Of a DNA stretch of 64,000 bases, positions 1 to 14,855 are shown in pieces. Location of the stretch: NCBI GenBank assembly GCA_012295275.1, contig CM022672.1, positions 5,518,001-5,582,000 of the forward strand, read 5' to 3'. This DNA comes from Chrysomallon squamiferum (lineage: Eukaryota > Animalia > Mollusca). The notes under the pieces were generated by a model that was not told the DNA's origin, did no database searches, and saw only the letters and a list, made by a program, of their open reading frames with translations. How positions within the stretch are numbered: position 1 is the stretch's first letter; each line of letters starts with the position of its first letter. Position numbers and translations under genes: made by a program.

Positions 1-868
1 GAAAATCAAAGAACATTAAATCCTGATCCAGCACACAAAATCACTTTGCCGTTTCTGATGCAGTTTTATCGTAATTATATATGTCGTATTTTGTTTAGGT
101 CTGTTTTTCTGCGTACTCTGAATCTGCATTAAAAGACTGCAAGATTAACATTCTAATTTCGTATATGACGCTACCAATCAACAGGTATGAGGTAAGAATT
201 TGTCACGTGCTTAGCATACTTACTAAACCTTGAATCAGCGAAATAAACACGGCCTAAAACTCATGCATAATATTCCAAATTAATGGCAAATAAAAAAAAA
301 AAAAAAAAAAAATAAAATAAATAAAAATAAATAATAATAATAATAATAATAAAATAAGTAAATAAAAAATTAAAATAAACTTCACCGTTTAAATAATCTT
401 TAATATTTGTTTCAGTTTTAAATTAACGTCTCTGCATCAGATTGTGAATACCGGGACAACAACAACAACAACAACAACAAAGTAACTTGATAATACATTC
501 GTAACATTGCATGCTAATTACGAAAGCATTTATATATTAAATTAGTGTAATGTGTTTAGACGGTAAGTACAGTTAGATACTTTAACGTACGATTATCATA
601 AATCCCACCTCATAAAATGATAAATGAAAAAAATGTTTTACTTGTAAGTGTAATAATTATTCGATGAACTCTAAACCCAGTGACTGTTTTTTAATGATTA
701 TTTTTTATTTTTTATTCTCGGTCCTACCGAAATAGCCACATGTCCGTTATATCCGATAAATTTGATTGTTTTCATTTTTCAAACGTAAATACTACTAAAT
801 AATAATTATAATTTAGAATATAACGAGACGAGCGGAGATTACGATTTAATCGTCGATTATAAACAAAA

Positions 869-933
<65 letters not shown>

Positions 934-1890
934 TAATTATTAAGGAACACCTAAAGTTGGCTAAACATATTTTCATTTATTAGCTTGGTCCGAACATACA
1001 TTGTGATTCGTCTTCCAGTTTTGTCAACAATACGTGAGTTTGTGTTGCCTGTTGGTTATTTGATTTATACTTACAGCGTGGCATAGTTTGATATGTTTAA
1101 AAATCAATAAGACAAGGCTAATCTAACTAACTTATTTCTTTTGGTAAGTATTATTAAAAAATAATATTAAAAAGTTAAGAGTCGCATTATGTCGATTTAG
1201 CAAATTAATACTAGAAATAATAATACTATGTAACAGCGTTTTAATGTGCTTCTTATTCGTTATTCAATTAAGTTATTGTTTTAAGCTTTTAGGCAGTTTT
1301 AGACTTCATTTACGATCTTTCCCGTCTTCAGTTTTATATTATTTTATTTACTGTTGTTGGTGTTTGTTTTTTAAATGAAATAATGAAATAGGTTATAAAT
1401 TTGTTGACATTGACAAAACCATCATATAAAATTTATACTTGTAAAATTAAGTACACCTTTAAACTATTCTTAAAATGACAAATGAAACCTTCCTTTGAAA
1501 AGAAATATTGTTTCACAATTCTTAATGAATCAGCAAGACAAAGAAAGAAGACGAAGAAGAAGATAATCTTCCAGATTCTTGAAATGTTGTGATTTAAATA
1601 TCTTATTTAATATGCCTAAATATGCTTTAAAATATTTCAAATGTTAAAGAAAACTGAGATTTATTCAATATGCATTAACTAATACAATTACAAATCTGAA
1701 GATTATCTTTTTTTTAAATATGCCAACACGCAGTAATCAGTAGTCATAGAAATATAATTGAATCTAGATTTGTCATTATTGTTTGCTGCAATTATTTTAA
1801 TACTTTCATTGTTGTTGTTGTTAATGTGGTTGGGTACAGCTGCTGTATTGTTATTTGATTCAGATAATGGCGTCACAGTCTACTTAAACT

Positions 1891-4800
1891 ATGAGTCCAA
1901 GTGGAGTTCACCTGAACAAGGCAGTTGTCTTCCTTGTTGTTGGACTTTTTTATCTGTGTAGTTGTTGTGTATAAATTTACCAGATCACCTAAAGCTACTG
2001 AAAGTAGTGAAGCAACTGGAAATATGCTGTCCATCAAGTTAAATGACCAGGTGACTGGACACAACTTTTTTTTAAATATTAGCATGTTTTGTGTTCTTTT
2101 GCTGAAATAATTATTTACATTAATCGTATAACATAACAAAAATTATTACACTAGCACATTTTACTGACTATGATAAAAATACGAAATACAATAAAACACT
2201 TGCATCATCACTTTTTGTAAAGTTTATAGTTATCCTAATTCTGAACAATCCATCATAATGACTTATCCAGGTTTTAAAAACTAAGTAACTATAATATAAA
2301 AGGCTGTGTTAAATACTTCCTTGATTATGGACAGCTAAAAGAAAAAAACACCTGATACCAATTGAAAATTAAGCAGAATATTTTGTCTCATATATTACAG
2401 AAATTAATAATAATAATAATAATAATTTATATGTGAAGTGATTCTATAATTATACATTTTTAATATCACTATTTTATGTTCCAGAGTATATCTATCTTTA
2501 CCCAAAGTGAAAAACCAGCTGGTGTTGCCAAGTTAGATATTCTGTTTCTACATGGAATGTCATTTACATCACAAAACTGGGTGGACATTGGAACCCTGAA
2601 ACTATTGGCCGAAAATGGGTATAATGCCATTGCTATTGATCTTCCAGGTTTGCATGATTTGTTATTACAATCAGACAGTTTTAACATAATTATAATTATT
2701 ATTTAATTTGTTTTGCTAGCTATAATGATGATGAAGATAATAGTAGTAGTAGTGGTAGATTTCAGTTAATAAATTTCTAATTGTTCCTTTCTGTGTAATT
2801 TCTTATCATAATGTTTCTTTCTAGGATCACTTTATATTATTAAAAAAGGTTTTATGTTTAAGAAATATTTATTTATTCTACAGCCAGAATGTCAGATATT
2901 CATTTTCATTCGTGCAGGTTTTGGGAAGAGTAAAGGTGTGAAAATCTCTGATGAAGTTGCTTTCATGGAAGCTCTGATTTCTGGACTAAAACTTACAAAG
3001 CCTGTCATCGTTAGCCCATCTATGAGTGGCCAGTTTTCTCTTCCATTCCTGTTTAATAAACCTGAGACAGCTACATCACGATCTGCTGGTTATGTTCCTG
3101 TTGCACCAGTACAGACATCTCAATTCAAAGACAAGTTTGCCAAAAGTCAGGTGTGTTATTAGTTTAAAACTAAATTCCATGTATGTAACAGTGAATTGTT
3201 TGCATGAAAAGTGCTATCACAGCATGTATCCAGCTTCCAGAAAAGTGGGAATTATTCGAAAACCAGCTTTAGAAGTGTTTTATTTGGTATAATTTTGTTC
3301 TGGATCATTCCGAGTCAAATCACCCAATGGTTTAAACCCGACCGTCTCAGATTTTTATGAAACTCGGTATACTTGTTGACTGGGATCCCACAGCACCAAA
3401 TTTGAAATTTTAGCCCAATCAGACCAGTGGTGTGGGAGATACGGCCCACCGAATTTTGAGATTTTTGCCAAAAATGGGTGTGACCACCAACCTTAGAACC
3501 CTCATATCTCAGGAACTACTGGGCCAATCTTCATAAAATTGGTATTGTTAGAAAGGCAAAATGACAAGGATACCAAATCTGCCATTTTTGTTTAGTTTGG
3601 AAAATATTGGAGTACCTTGACCTTTTGACCTTTGCTATGACCTTGAAATTGACCGTGTGGATCACGTGATCTTGAGATGACCTTTATTGAAATTTAATCT
3701 CCCACGTGTTAACTAAAACATATAAAAGTTTCCTGGGTGTAATATTTTTTGTTTAGCCACAATAGATTTAAAAAATGCACATACATGAAAATAACACCTT
3801 TTCAGCCATTAACATCTGATTAACTAAAACCTGAATGATCAATTCTGGATGCTAGAAATCACCATCTCTCTTGATCATCAAGTAAGACATTGTAGGCCTA
3901 CATGTATGCATAAAGTTCACATATAAAAGTTTCCTGGGTATAATATTTTTTGTTTAGCCATAATAGAGATTTAAAAAAATGCATACCTGCATGGATGATT
4001 GATACAATGCATTACAATGTACATTTTCTCTGAGACTAAAAACTCATCTTTGGAGTTAAAACCCACCTGACATGTCTGAAGGAATGTCTGAAGGATATGA
4101 AAAGATGCCAAATGGCATGACATGTTCTACACAATCAGGCTCAAAGGGTTAACAGGAAGTGATGCTTCAGGCAGGTCAGGAACTCCTTTAGATTCCCTGG
4201 TGCAATCCCCATTGAACACATGGCAATTAGAAGTTTAAGACAAAGAAGTTTCTTCATCTGCATTTCTTTGACAATCTGAAGCTTTTTAAGTTGGACACAA
4301 TGTCAGATGTTGATATATAAACAATATTTTTATTTCATAAAACCTATTAAGTAATTTTATCATGTCATGTGGGCCTTGCCATTGGTTTTGAACAAGGTTT
4401 CAGTCAACAACAGTACAACCCAATCTGAAATCAGACGTCATCAAGTGATGTACTGCATAATGTATTTGTACACCCAGTCTTCGGCACAGAGTATGAACAA
4501 GGTCTACTTCACCTTAATAAACTGTGATTTATACTTGAGAAGATTGACATAAATGCCCAAGACTTGTGGGCCTTTGGCAATAACACATGTACTCTGCTGC
4601 CATTTTATGACCTGCTTAACTTTACTGAAAGGGTTTCAGGATTTGATTTAATATTTAGGAAAGCACTGACTTTGTTCTATTGAATTGAAGGTGCAGGCCA
4701 ATACTGAAAATCCTTATTTCGTCCAGGGCTAACTACAGCTTTAACTCTCCTGAAAATGTGTGTTATCAACACCATCATATCAAAAAGGGGTTGTTGCGAA

Positions 4801-6649
4801 GTGTATGGAAAACTGAGGAAGTCGAACTCCTCACTCTTTGAAGTGGGATCAAAACACGGGACATCAAGAGTATCATGAACAGGAACTTTTCATCCATTTT
4901 CAACATTGCAGAAAAACTTTGTGATCCCCTTAATCGCCACCCTGAGCAACCACGCACTAGATCTTTAAGAATTGTTAGCATGGGCACTTACAAATGCTTA
5001 GTAAATCCTCCAAAGACATTAGTGCCAGGAGACAAGTTGTGCTGTGACTGTCTGATTACCCTTCAGAAATCAAAGGTCCTGCAGAGGATGGCTTTAGTAT
5101 GGGTGGTATTACAATGGGAGAATTTGATAACTTGCCAGACAAACCACTGGTTGTTGTTTCCCCAGAAAAGGACTTTGATTTGAATTCTATTCTGTTGAGT
5201 TTAGGTGAAACTCCTGTCAAACTCCATTCACTAGCACATTCCAGTAAATGAATGAAAGGACAGAAAAAAACTAGCATCAGCTACAGTAACATTAAAATGA
5301 CATCTTAATGTCTGAAGCCTACCCAGAGTGTGTGCAAATCTTGATTTTGTCACCCTTTACCATTGAAAGGACAATGAATTGAAGGAGGAAATAATCCAAT
5401 TTTATGAAAGTGATGAGAACAGTAGAATGTGTCTGGGAATGAAGGATACAGTCAGCGTTTGAAACAAACATAGTGAGAAGGTTAAGCATCAGAAACACCT
5501 AGTTCTCTCAAATTTATGTGAACTTTATGCATACATGTAGGCCTACAATGTCTTACATGATGATCAAGAGAGATGGTGATTTCTAGCATCCAGAATTGAT
5601 CATTCAGGTTTTAGTTAATCAGATGTTAATGGCTGAAAAGGTGTTATTTTCATGTATGTGCATTTTTTAAATCTATATTGTGGCTAAACAAAAAATATTA
5701 CACCCAGGAAACTTTTATATGTTTTAGTTAACATGTGGGAGGTTAAATTTCAATAAAGGTTATTTCAAGATCACGTGATCCACACGGTCAATTTCAAGGT
5801 CATAGCAAAGGTCAAAAGGTCAAGGTACTCCAATATTTTCCAAACTAAACAAAAATGGCAGATTTGGAATCCTTGTCATTTTGCCTTTCTAACAATACCA
5901 ATTTTATGAAGATTGGCCCAGTAGTTCCTGAGATATAAGGGTTCTAAGGTTGGTGGTCACACCCATTTTTGGCAAAAATCTCAAAATTCGATGGGCTGTA
6001 TCTCCCACACCACTGGTCTGATTGAGCTACAATTTCAGATTTGGTGCTGTGGGATCCCAGTCAACAAGTATACCAAGTTTTATAAAAATCTGAGATGGTT
6101 GGGTTTAAATTTCTTTTTTTTTTGGGTGATTTGACACGGAATGACCCTTCTGTATTTTTCATTGTTTGTTTTATTTTCTAAGCACATATTAAGGCTTTCT
6201 CCAGAAAACAGGAAAACCCTAAATCGCTAGCTGGTATAATTTATTAGTGTATTTTCTGTATCTGCCAGTGTTTTTGATTACTTTCTAAAGATTGTGATAT
6301 GTGTTGTGCTGTCTTTAGCAAAATGTACCTGAAAAATTCCTTTGGTGAACATTCCCAGACATCAAATATTTGATACCTGATAGCTGGCTATAGAACATTA
6401 ATTAGTGCTTTTAATGGCGCACTAACCAAAAAAAATGTTCACTTTAACCATGTTATATTTCAGATACCCACACTGATTGTCTTTGGAAGTCGTGATAATC
6501 ATCTTGGAGCTCAAAGTAAAAAGAATTTTGAAGCTCTGCCGAATAAAACAGTCTTCGAGATTGATGATGCTGGACATGCTTGTTATTTAGACAAACCTGC
6601 CGTGTTCCACAAAGGACTGCTCAAATTTCTTTCTTCATTAACAAAATAA
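1891..6649 (+). CDS. ABHD14: ABHD14 family alpha/beta hydrolase (ABHD14A/B-like). Coding exons 1891-2050, 2485-2647, 2918-3150, 6464-6649
   Basis: Spliced GT-AG translation gives LFLHGMSFTSQNW, AIDLPGFGKS, nucleophile motif IVSPSMSG, PTLIVFGSRD and DAGHACYLDKP (Ser-Asp-His triad). N-terminal hydrophobic anchor AVVFLVVGLF/ICVVVVY needs one base removed from the T6 run at 1946-1951. Confidence 0.9.
3302..6147. mobile_element. Decayed non-autonomous DNA transposon, Sola2-like, with ~620-bp terminal inverted repeats and a 4-bp TSD (TTCT), in the last ABHD14 intron
   Basis: Left end GGATCATTCCGAGTCAAATCACCCA (3302) pairs with right end TGGGTGATTTGACACGGAATGACCC (to 6147). 3302-~3922 is the near-perfect reverse complement of ~5517-6147. 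TTCT flanks both sides (3298-3301, 6148-6151). GGG terminus, 4-bp TSD and long TIRs fit Sola2. Confidence 0.85.
4780..5535 (+). pseudogene. N-terminal remnant of a transposase (Sola2-like), with frameshifts and stops; no catalytic domain visible
   Basis: Fragments LCDPLNRH...RSLRIVS...LVPGDKLCCDC, and 5379-5534 LKEEIIQFYESDENSRMCLGMKDTVSV*NKHSEKVKHQKHLVLSNLCELYAY, resemble the FY..DE.SR..PG.KD.V...K.QKRL...NL.ELY block recalled from Sola2-type transposases. Confidence 0.65.
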
Positions 6650-9600
6650 CCTGGAACAGTTATCAAACAGGTATTATTGTTAAACCTTTGTTCACCAAAT
6701 TTTCACAAATCCTTTTCAGTTATGGGTTGACTGTATGTAAAGAATTAATTTGATCTGAATTTGTAAAATTTGATAATTATTTCTTAAAATGCAAATATAG
6801 CAGGGAACATAAATATAAAAAAAAAAAATTTTTTTTTTAAAGTGATGGATTATAATATTTCTAAGAGTTCAAAATGTAATAATAATAAAACCAACAGATG
6901 AGTACCAAGATATTTTAAGGGGGTTGCATATAAAACCTATGACTGCCAAAGATTAATTAGTTTTAAAACTACTGATATAATAAAGTAGGCACTATTAACA
7001 TTTTTGGTGAAAATATAAGAATTGTTACCCTGATTTAACTGTATTGACAGAGCTAATCTTGAATAATGATAGTGAGTTTGTTAATATTGTGACCTGGACT
7101 GGCACAGAATATGTTGCTGTAGAGGTGTGGGAGTATAGATTGATTAGCTAATCTTTGAAATTCATTACTGTATTTTGGCTTTCACAGTGGTTATGTTGGT
7201 GGTGTTGGCAAATTATCTAGATAACAGCATAGTTGCCTAATCTGGCAAATGGAAAATTACTGAAATTTTAAGGCTTGATTAATACTGTTGTCACGATTAT
7301 TTATATTTTTATATAAATAATAGCAGAGACATTTTTACAATGTACTTACAATATAGCAATCTCCAAAATGCATCTTCAGTCATATTTCAAGAAGCATTAA
7401 TGATTTCAAGTATTATTTAGTGGAAGTTTATTAACCTGAAAACATTTATTTTGTAACCCAAGACAAGTATTTTCCAATTGCCTGTTCTGGTTTCAGTATA
7501 TATTGAATTAAATAATGGTTAAAGGGTTTTTGTGATACACCTATTTTTAGTCACAGAATTGTAATAATCTAACTAGATACATGTAGTTATTTTGAGTTTT
7601 ATTGTTACATTGTTTTAGCAGATGTATTTAGCCTGTTATCCATAAAGTGAACATTTACCTTGGACTACATAGGTAAAATATAATAATTATGTGCTTGGGA
7701 TAAACTGCTGGTGTTTCAGAGCACATGATTTGTTAAAAAACAATTTATGAGTATCAGATCCAAGATGGTTTTTTTTAGGGTGGATTGGGTCTGACCATTG
7801 TGATTGCTGGAATATAACAAGTAACAGGAAAAATTAAAGATACAGTGTTGTTAAAGTTTGAATGTCAGGGTATTGTTATCCGATATTATTATTATTATTT
7901 ATTTATTTATTTTATTCAGTTTTATCCACTTATATATTTCTTTAAATTTGATTTTTCTTTATATATATATATATATATAATTTTTCTTTTTTTAAAGAGT
8001 GGTACAATGCTGTCTAGATATTTTCACCCCTTTAATTTTTGCACTAAAAGAAATTAAAAGTTTGAAACAATGCCTTCAAAAAGTTGTTTAAATTGCCTTC
8101 TTTATTAATATATTTCAGTATTCTGACTGGCTTGTTAGAATGTGAGGCCATTTCATTATCCAGTCAGTAATTTTATGAAAGTAGCTTATCCATAAATATG
8201 GATAAAGGGGTTAATATTTTGGCACTTCTAGTGTCTGAAACAAAGATGGTTTATGTTGATAGTTTTTGAAAACTGCAGCTTCAGTGAATTTAATAGTTCA
8301 AATAACACTGCCTCCATTACCTACCAGAATATATGATATAATAATCTTTCAGTTGGTTTTATTTGTTTTCATCATGGTGTAGTTTATGTGTTTAATATTT
8401 ATATATTATTCAGTTCACTGGGCAAGTGTATACTATGGTATTCATGTCTTTGTTTTTTGTTGTTGTTGTTTTTTCATTTTTAATGTATGTTATCAACTTT
8501 CACAATAATATTGTTAAAGGCAGAAATGGTTATTGTTATAATTTGCCTTATTTTGTAAATATGTTGGTGATGGTTATATATTAGGCATTACTTTTAATAG
8601 TTGAAGTGCTGGTATTAAAAATTTACATATTAATAACATTATTACGTTAAATACATTTTTAATTTCTTGATAGATTTTATTCAGAGTATAACAAGACATT
8701 TAACAATTACATGAAAACAAGCAAAATTTGTTTACAGTGTTTGTTAATATGGTAATAATAACCAATCTGCAAACAACAGTCTTGCTGTTATGTAGAAACA
8801 AAATTGTTATTTTACATTTTAAAAAAACTGAACTGTTTTTTGTATGTTTTCCAGTGCTTCCTTGAATTGAAATCTGGCTTCTGTTATGTTAATTTGAACA
8901 AACTAAATTTCAGTATTTATATCTGTTTTTTTACTGCACATAATTTTTCAGCATGATGAACCAACCTGTACTTCTGTAGATCTTTTTTATTATGCCAATA
9001 ACATTTTTTCTTTCTTAATTTTCAAGAGTAATTTTTATTTTGAAAAACAGAAAAAAATATGATTTTTCAAGATTTTTGTGTGTATTCAGAAGGTAGATTC
9101 ATTAATATATGTGTATCAGATAACAAATTAATCGATACTTAACTATGCTTGTAACATGTTTATTGAACAAGTTTGATGAGTATATCATTTGAAATGTCAA
9201 TAAATCCTAAATTTCTTAAATGTGATATCCACATCCAAGAGCAAACTTACAGTATGATTTGATTGAAACCTTGTGTAGCAGCTGCAATTTTTAAAACTTA
9301 CATTTCTCTTGACAGGCTGTGCCATGTTACATGGATACTATGCATGTACTAGCATACTTGCAACAAAATGGCTGCCATGCTATGCTGTATAGGGTATGGC
9401 AAAAGTAATGAATGCCCTTTCTTATTTATTCACTTTTATTAAATGATCATATATGTATGTATTTATGTATGTATGTATGTATTATAAGTATTGTTTATAA
9501 AGTACTTAATATCAAATTATAGAATATAAATCTAAAGAATATACAGCATAAAATGAGAAAAAAAAAAAAAAAAAAAAAAAAGGGTGTTGTTTTTGCCACA

Positions 9601-12600
9601 CCTTCTGTAGATATAAATAAAATCGGTACTTGTATATTATTATTATAATAAAACTTATCCATTTTCCTCTTGTTGATGAAAATCATGAATTTTAGTAACA
9701 GACAAGATATTTTAGAAATTCATTTTAATTTTAAAAAAAGTTAAAAGTTTTGTTAATTTTATTTATAAACTGTTAGTAAAATCATCAATTTTGATAAACT
9801 TTTAAATTCAGGGACAAGGTACCTTTTTTTGTCCAATAAACTCACAATGACCAAAAGGTATAATTTGCTGTAATATATATATATATAAGACAAATTACCT
9901 TAAACTAATTGAAATTTAAATATGGATATTTGTTTGGATTCTAAATACTTTGTTTGTAAACAGCACGCTTCTAAGTAAAGAATCTTTATGTTCAAATGAA
10001 TGAACAAAAACATGACAACTTCAGATTTCTGACTCACTTGTGATTATTTGTAACAAAGCTGCCCAATTTGGCTTTTACTTTTATTATTCATATAATTGGT
10101 TAAAATTGCTTGTATAAATTGCTTTTGTTGATTATGTAATAAACTGGTTTTTTAATGGTTCTTTTGTATTTCTCTATCTACTTTTTTATAATTTTCAAAA
10201 TAGTTATTGATCTTATTTTTTTTCTCGTAAAATTCTAACTCTTTAAAACAAAATATTTTTTGGACATAAAAAGAACAACAAAACCCCCCTAAAACAACCA
10301 AGGAAATAATATAGAAAATTCGTTCACTTAAACACCTGAAAGTATTTGTTGGTTAAACCCGGTTTGTACTAATATATGTTGTTTTTAAACAATAATATTT
10401 CATCATAAGATCATACTCCATTAAAGTTCCTTGAAAAGTGTTATGTATCTGCATCTGGATTATGTCTGAACTGCCTGTAGTTCTTCTAGGAATTAACAAA
10501 ATGTGCCAGCTTGGACTGGTTACATCCAGAGTAACAGTTCTTGCATAAGCATTGTCATGATATCTTCCACAGAGTGCAATAAATAACACAAATAGAAAAT
10601 CATTCCTAAAAATCAAATAAACAATGCTTTTCTGTCAGTATAATCAACAAAAAGCCAAATGATTAAGCTCTGAACATGTTTACATTTCTTAAAAAAAAAA
10701 AAAGATATCCATTTTTCAATAAAAGTCATAATTATTTTACACAGCTTACATATATTCATTTTTGAATTTGCTGCTGTTTAAACAGAACTATTTGTTACAT
10801 AAATATCTAATTTTCTTCATGAATTTATGTTTGAAATCAATATAAGTATAGCTAATTAAAGACAGGACATTAAAAAGATAGAATTTTAAATGAACTGGCA
10901 CCTGATACAAACATGCCAGTTTAGACAGAGTTCATTGCCAAAGGATTTTTATTTTCTTCTTTTCAATAAAATATAATCACTCTTGACACAAAGGTGCCAA
11001 AATATTCACAACTAGATGAAAATTGTCTATACATTTAAACAAACAGAAACAATTCTTACAATAGGAAAGGTTTATTTCATTATTTTTATTTAAAATGCAA
11101 ATACAGTTTATTTAAAATACATTGTTATAAATACATAAATGTATTCACTTTAATATGGCTAAAATGAGATTCCTAATAGACAACAGTTGATAGTTCTCTG
11201 TAGAAAAAGAAAATATATTACAATTTATTACTCACTGGTTTCAAATGATACCTGTACAGTCAGGTTGGTTTAATTTCAAGGAATATTTGAAGATAAATAA
11301 TAATAAATATTAAGAATTCACAACATCATGTCACCACAAGTAGATGACAGTAGCAAGCAGTACCTTATAAATTAAGCTAATTTAAAAAAAAAAAAAAAAA
11401 AAAAAAGAAGCCATTGCCTGTCACCATTACAATAACAACAAATACATTAAAAGCACATGAATTAGGCAAATACTGTAATTCTGTGTAACAAACAGTGACA
11501 GAAAACCCCAACAGGTTTCAACTTAAAAACAGAAGTGTCACAAACAATGCATAATTTTACTAAAATAAAACAAATGAGTATTTTTAAAATGCATTTCTTT
11601 TATATGCACCCATTGGACATGAAGAATAAACTGAAGTGTTATCTGTAACAAAATAAAATGTCAGTACTTTTTCTTCTTCTTTTTTGTTTTTGTTTTTAAT
11701 TTTATTAAATGTTTTATTATTAACAATATACAAACTTTATGCCTATAAATGACATACTTACTCTTTTTACAAAATTTGACAACTCAAAAGGAAGTTAATG
11801 AATTAAAAAATGAAGTGACAGAATTTTATTACTGTTTTTATTTTTAAATATTTTATTATTAACAAAAACAAAAATGTTTAGGGTTCTCATTCCAAATTAT
11901 GACAAATGAAAATGAAGTTACTGAATTTTAAACTGACAGGCAACAAACATTAAGCTGATTATTACTGGCACTTATTACAATTCACTTCATCAAACATTCC
12001 ATTGTACATTTAAAAAATACACATTCTGAATTAGCAGATAGTGAAGATATTATTAGAAAAACTGAAACAAAAAAAACTGGTGGAGACTGGATTCAGCAAC
12101 CCTGAAAAGAGATCACATTTCAGTGCTGCATCTGAACCAAAAAAAAGAGGTAAAAACACAAATGGAAAATTATGTACATGACAAAAACTGCTGTCAATGA
12201 TAGTAACTTTCAAAATAAATAAACATTAACAACAATTCATTGCACTGTAAAGCTAGTTCAGCCCATTTTGTTCGTGAACAAAATAATAATAATAAAAATA
12301 TAAAAATGACTAAATTATTAAAATGAATAGTTTATTAAAATAATTAAACTATTTGGTACTGGTTAAGATGATGGTTTACCATTTCAGAAAACACCATCTC
12401 TTTAACTTTGTGTACTTGTACCTGGACGGGAAGAACGAAGAATATCACATTCTCTGTTTACATACGAACATTTCAATAAATCCAAATAATAATAATAAAA
12501 AAAACATTTATTGATGCAATTTTCAAAAAACTATTCCTTGTTAAAATGTTTATTTATATATAGATATATGTTTGTATGTATGTATTAGATATGTATGTGT

Positions 12601-13234
12601 GTGTGTATATGTATGTATATATATATATGAATTAATTATATGACTGGCACTACAGTAGTTAAGCTACTTATTCTGTATATTGTCAGATTTCATAGTAATC
12701 TTTCTGCTTATAAAATAAATAGTATTTATAAAACTATTTCAATATGCACATATTTTTGATCAAGTATATTTAATTAACATTATTTAATTTTTATTCACAA
12801 ATACTACACCTATGTTATGTTAATTTTTTATTTTGTTACAGTTATAATTTACATAAAATTTTTAAATTCTGTTTCACATGATTAGATTATAGATATTAAA
12901 ATGTTTATTCTGTCATAATATAAAGGTATGAATCTGTAACACCTTAAACTTAAACTGTCATATGATTTAAAGTTTAATAATAATTTTAACTGCTAGCTGA
13001 CACTCTTCATGAAAATTTACTTTCCATACATTTAAACAGATACCTTTTCATTTTTAAATGATATTAACGTAATCAGCTCTTGGTAAATATTTCCAATTCA
13101 ATATGACTACCATAAAATTTTGTTCTAAGGTAATGATCACTGAAAAATTATTTAATTTTACCTCCAGGAATACGCACCACAAAAACAGTTTTCTTTTTAA
13201 AAATTTTGAAATGAAAACAATCTAAAAAAAAAAT

Positions 13235-13271
<37 letters not shown>

Positions 13272-14855
13272 TAAGAATGACAGCTTGTCTGTCCACTGGT
13301 GTATCTGTATCAGGTGGATTCAGAGTTAATTATGAAAAATTATACACACTTTCTATTTAGCCATCTCTTTAAAAATATATAAATATTTCATATATAAAAT
13401 AATAAAGAATTTGAATAAAAATCCATATTATGTGATAAACAAGTCAATTTTATATTTCATATTTGGGAACATCCATAAAACACATGCATACTACTAAATA
13501 AAGGAAATGTTATTAATTTGTTTAATGTATTAAGTAGTTAAGTTAATTACAGAATACTGAACAAACACTTTAAAAGAATATTACTCAAATTAAATGTCTT
13601 TTGAGAAAAAATGACATTCACTGGAGCATTTCATGTACAGTGATATAATATGTATTAAATCCAGTCACTCTATAATCCACTCTTTGCATGTAATACTTTA
13701 TCACCCATCCTCAGGACAAACATCATTTAGGGATGGACCCTTATATTTAAAAATATTTAGAAAATTAAAAAATAAATTTGACCATTTTGACACAATGATA
13801 ATACAAATGCACATATTCTTTAATTTTCTGTTTGGTTTAAATAAAAAAGACGTTTATATAAGAAATTCAGGACAAATTACAGAAGTTAAGGAAGTTTTCC
13901 TAATGACTAGTTTTTACTAATACATGTATTAGTAGTAATAAAATTTGACACTAACATAACAAGCCTATGGTAAATCATGGAAGTTGCCTTTTTGTTTCTT
14001 TGCATTTCCATCAATAAAGAACCTGAATTATAATGATGGAATTCTGCCTGATTTACACTGTAATTTGGTAAAGAGTCAGTAAACAAATGGCACGGCCACT
14101 GTTATCTGGAGACAAATGAAATACACAAACTAGATAGCAGCTTATTCTTTAAACGAAATCTGTAACATAACGACTGTGTGTTTGGAAGTAAAACTGTAAC
14201 TTCTGTTGTGAGCTAGTGGTGTGGAATGGTCTGTGAAGAATGAACATTCCAGTAAGGCAGTCTGGAAAATCCATTGTCAAAATGGAAATTCTTTCCAACA
14301 TGAAATTAAAACAAAAAAAATTCAACATTAAGGCAGTCTTTTTACCATGGAAAATGTGGCACTGGTAAGAAGCCCTTGTTGCTGCAGCAACAGTATAAAG
14401 AAAACTCTTTTATGACCAACAAATGGAACAGACGCAGATATATCGTGGTCACTGTGTGAATGATTAAACTTGCTACCATGGAAATAGTGACAAGGAGATG
14501 TCATTGCTATGGTAACAAAATATGAAAACTCCCACAGTATTTTGTTTTGCTATTTCTTTTAACAAAAATGAAGATATCCCAGGTAACCGAGTAAAAAAAG
14601 TTGCTTTAAAGAAAGAAAAAAAAACTTGTCACAAGCATTTCATAAAACACCACTGTTATAGAAGAAACACTCTTTAAGCTGACATCTAGATCTGCTAAAC
14701 ACCACTGACAAACATATTCCTTTCTTTGTTCTGCTATTTCCATGACAACCTGCTGATTCCATTTCTCATCAACTCTGTTCATATCCTGGATTTAGGCAGT
14801 TCAAGCTAAATGAAGCCATCAAAACTCTATAATAACATCTGGACAGAATTCTCAT

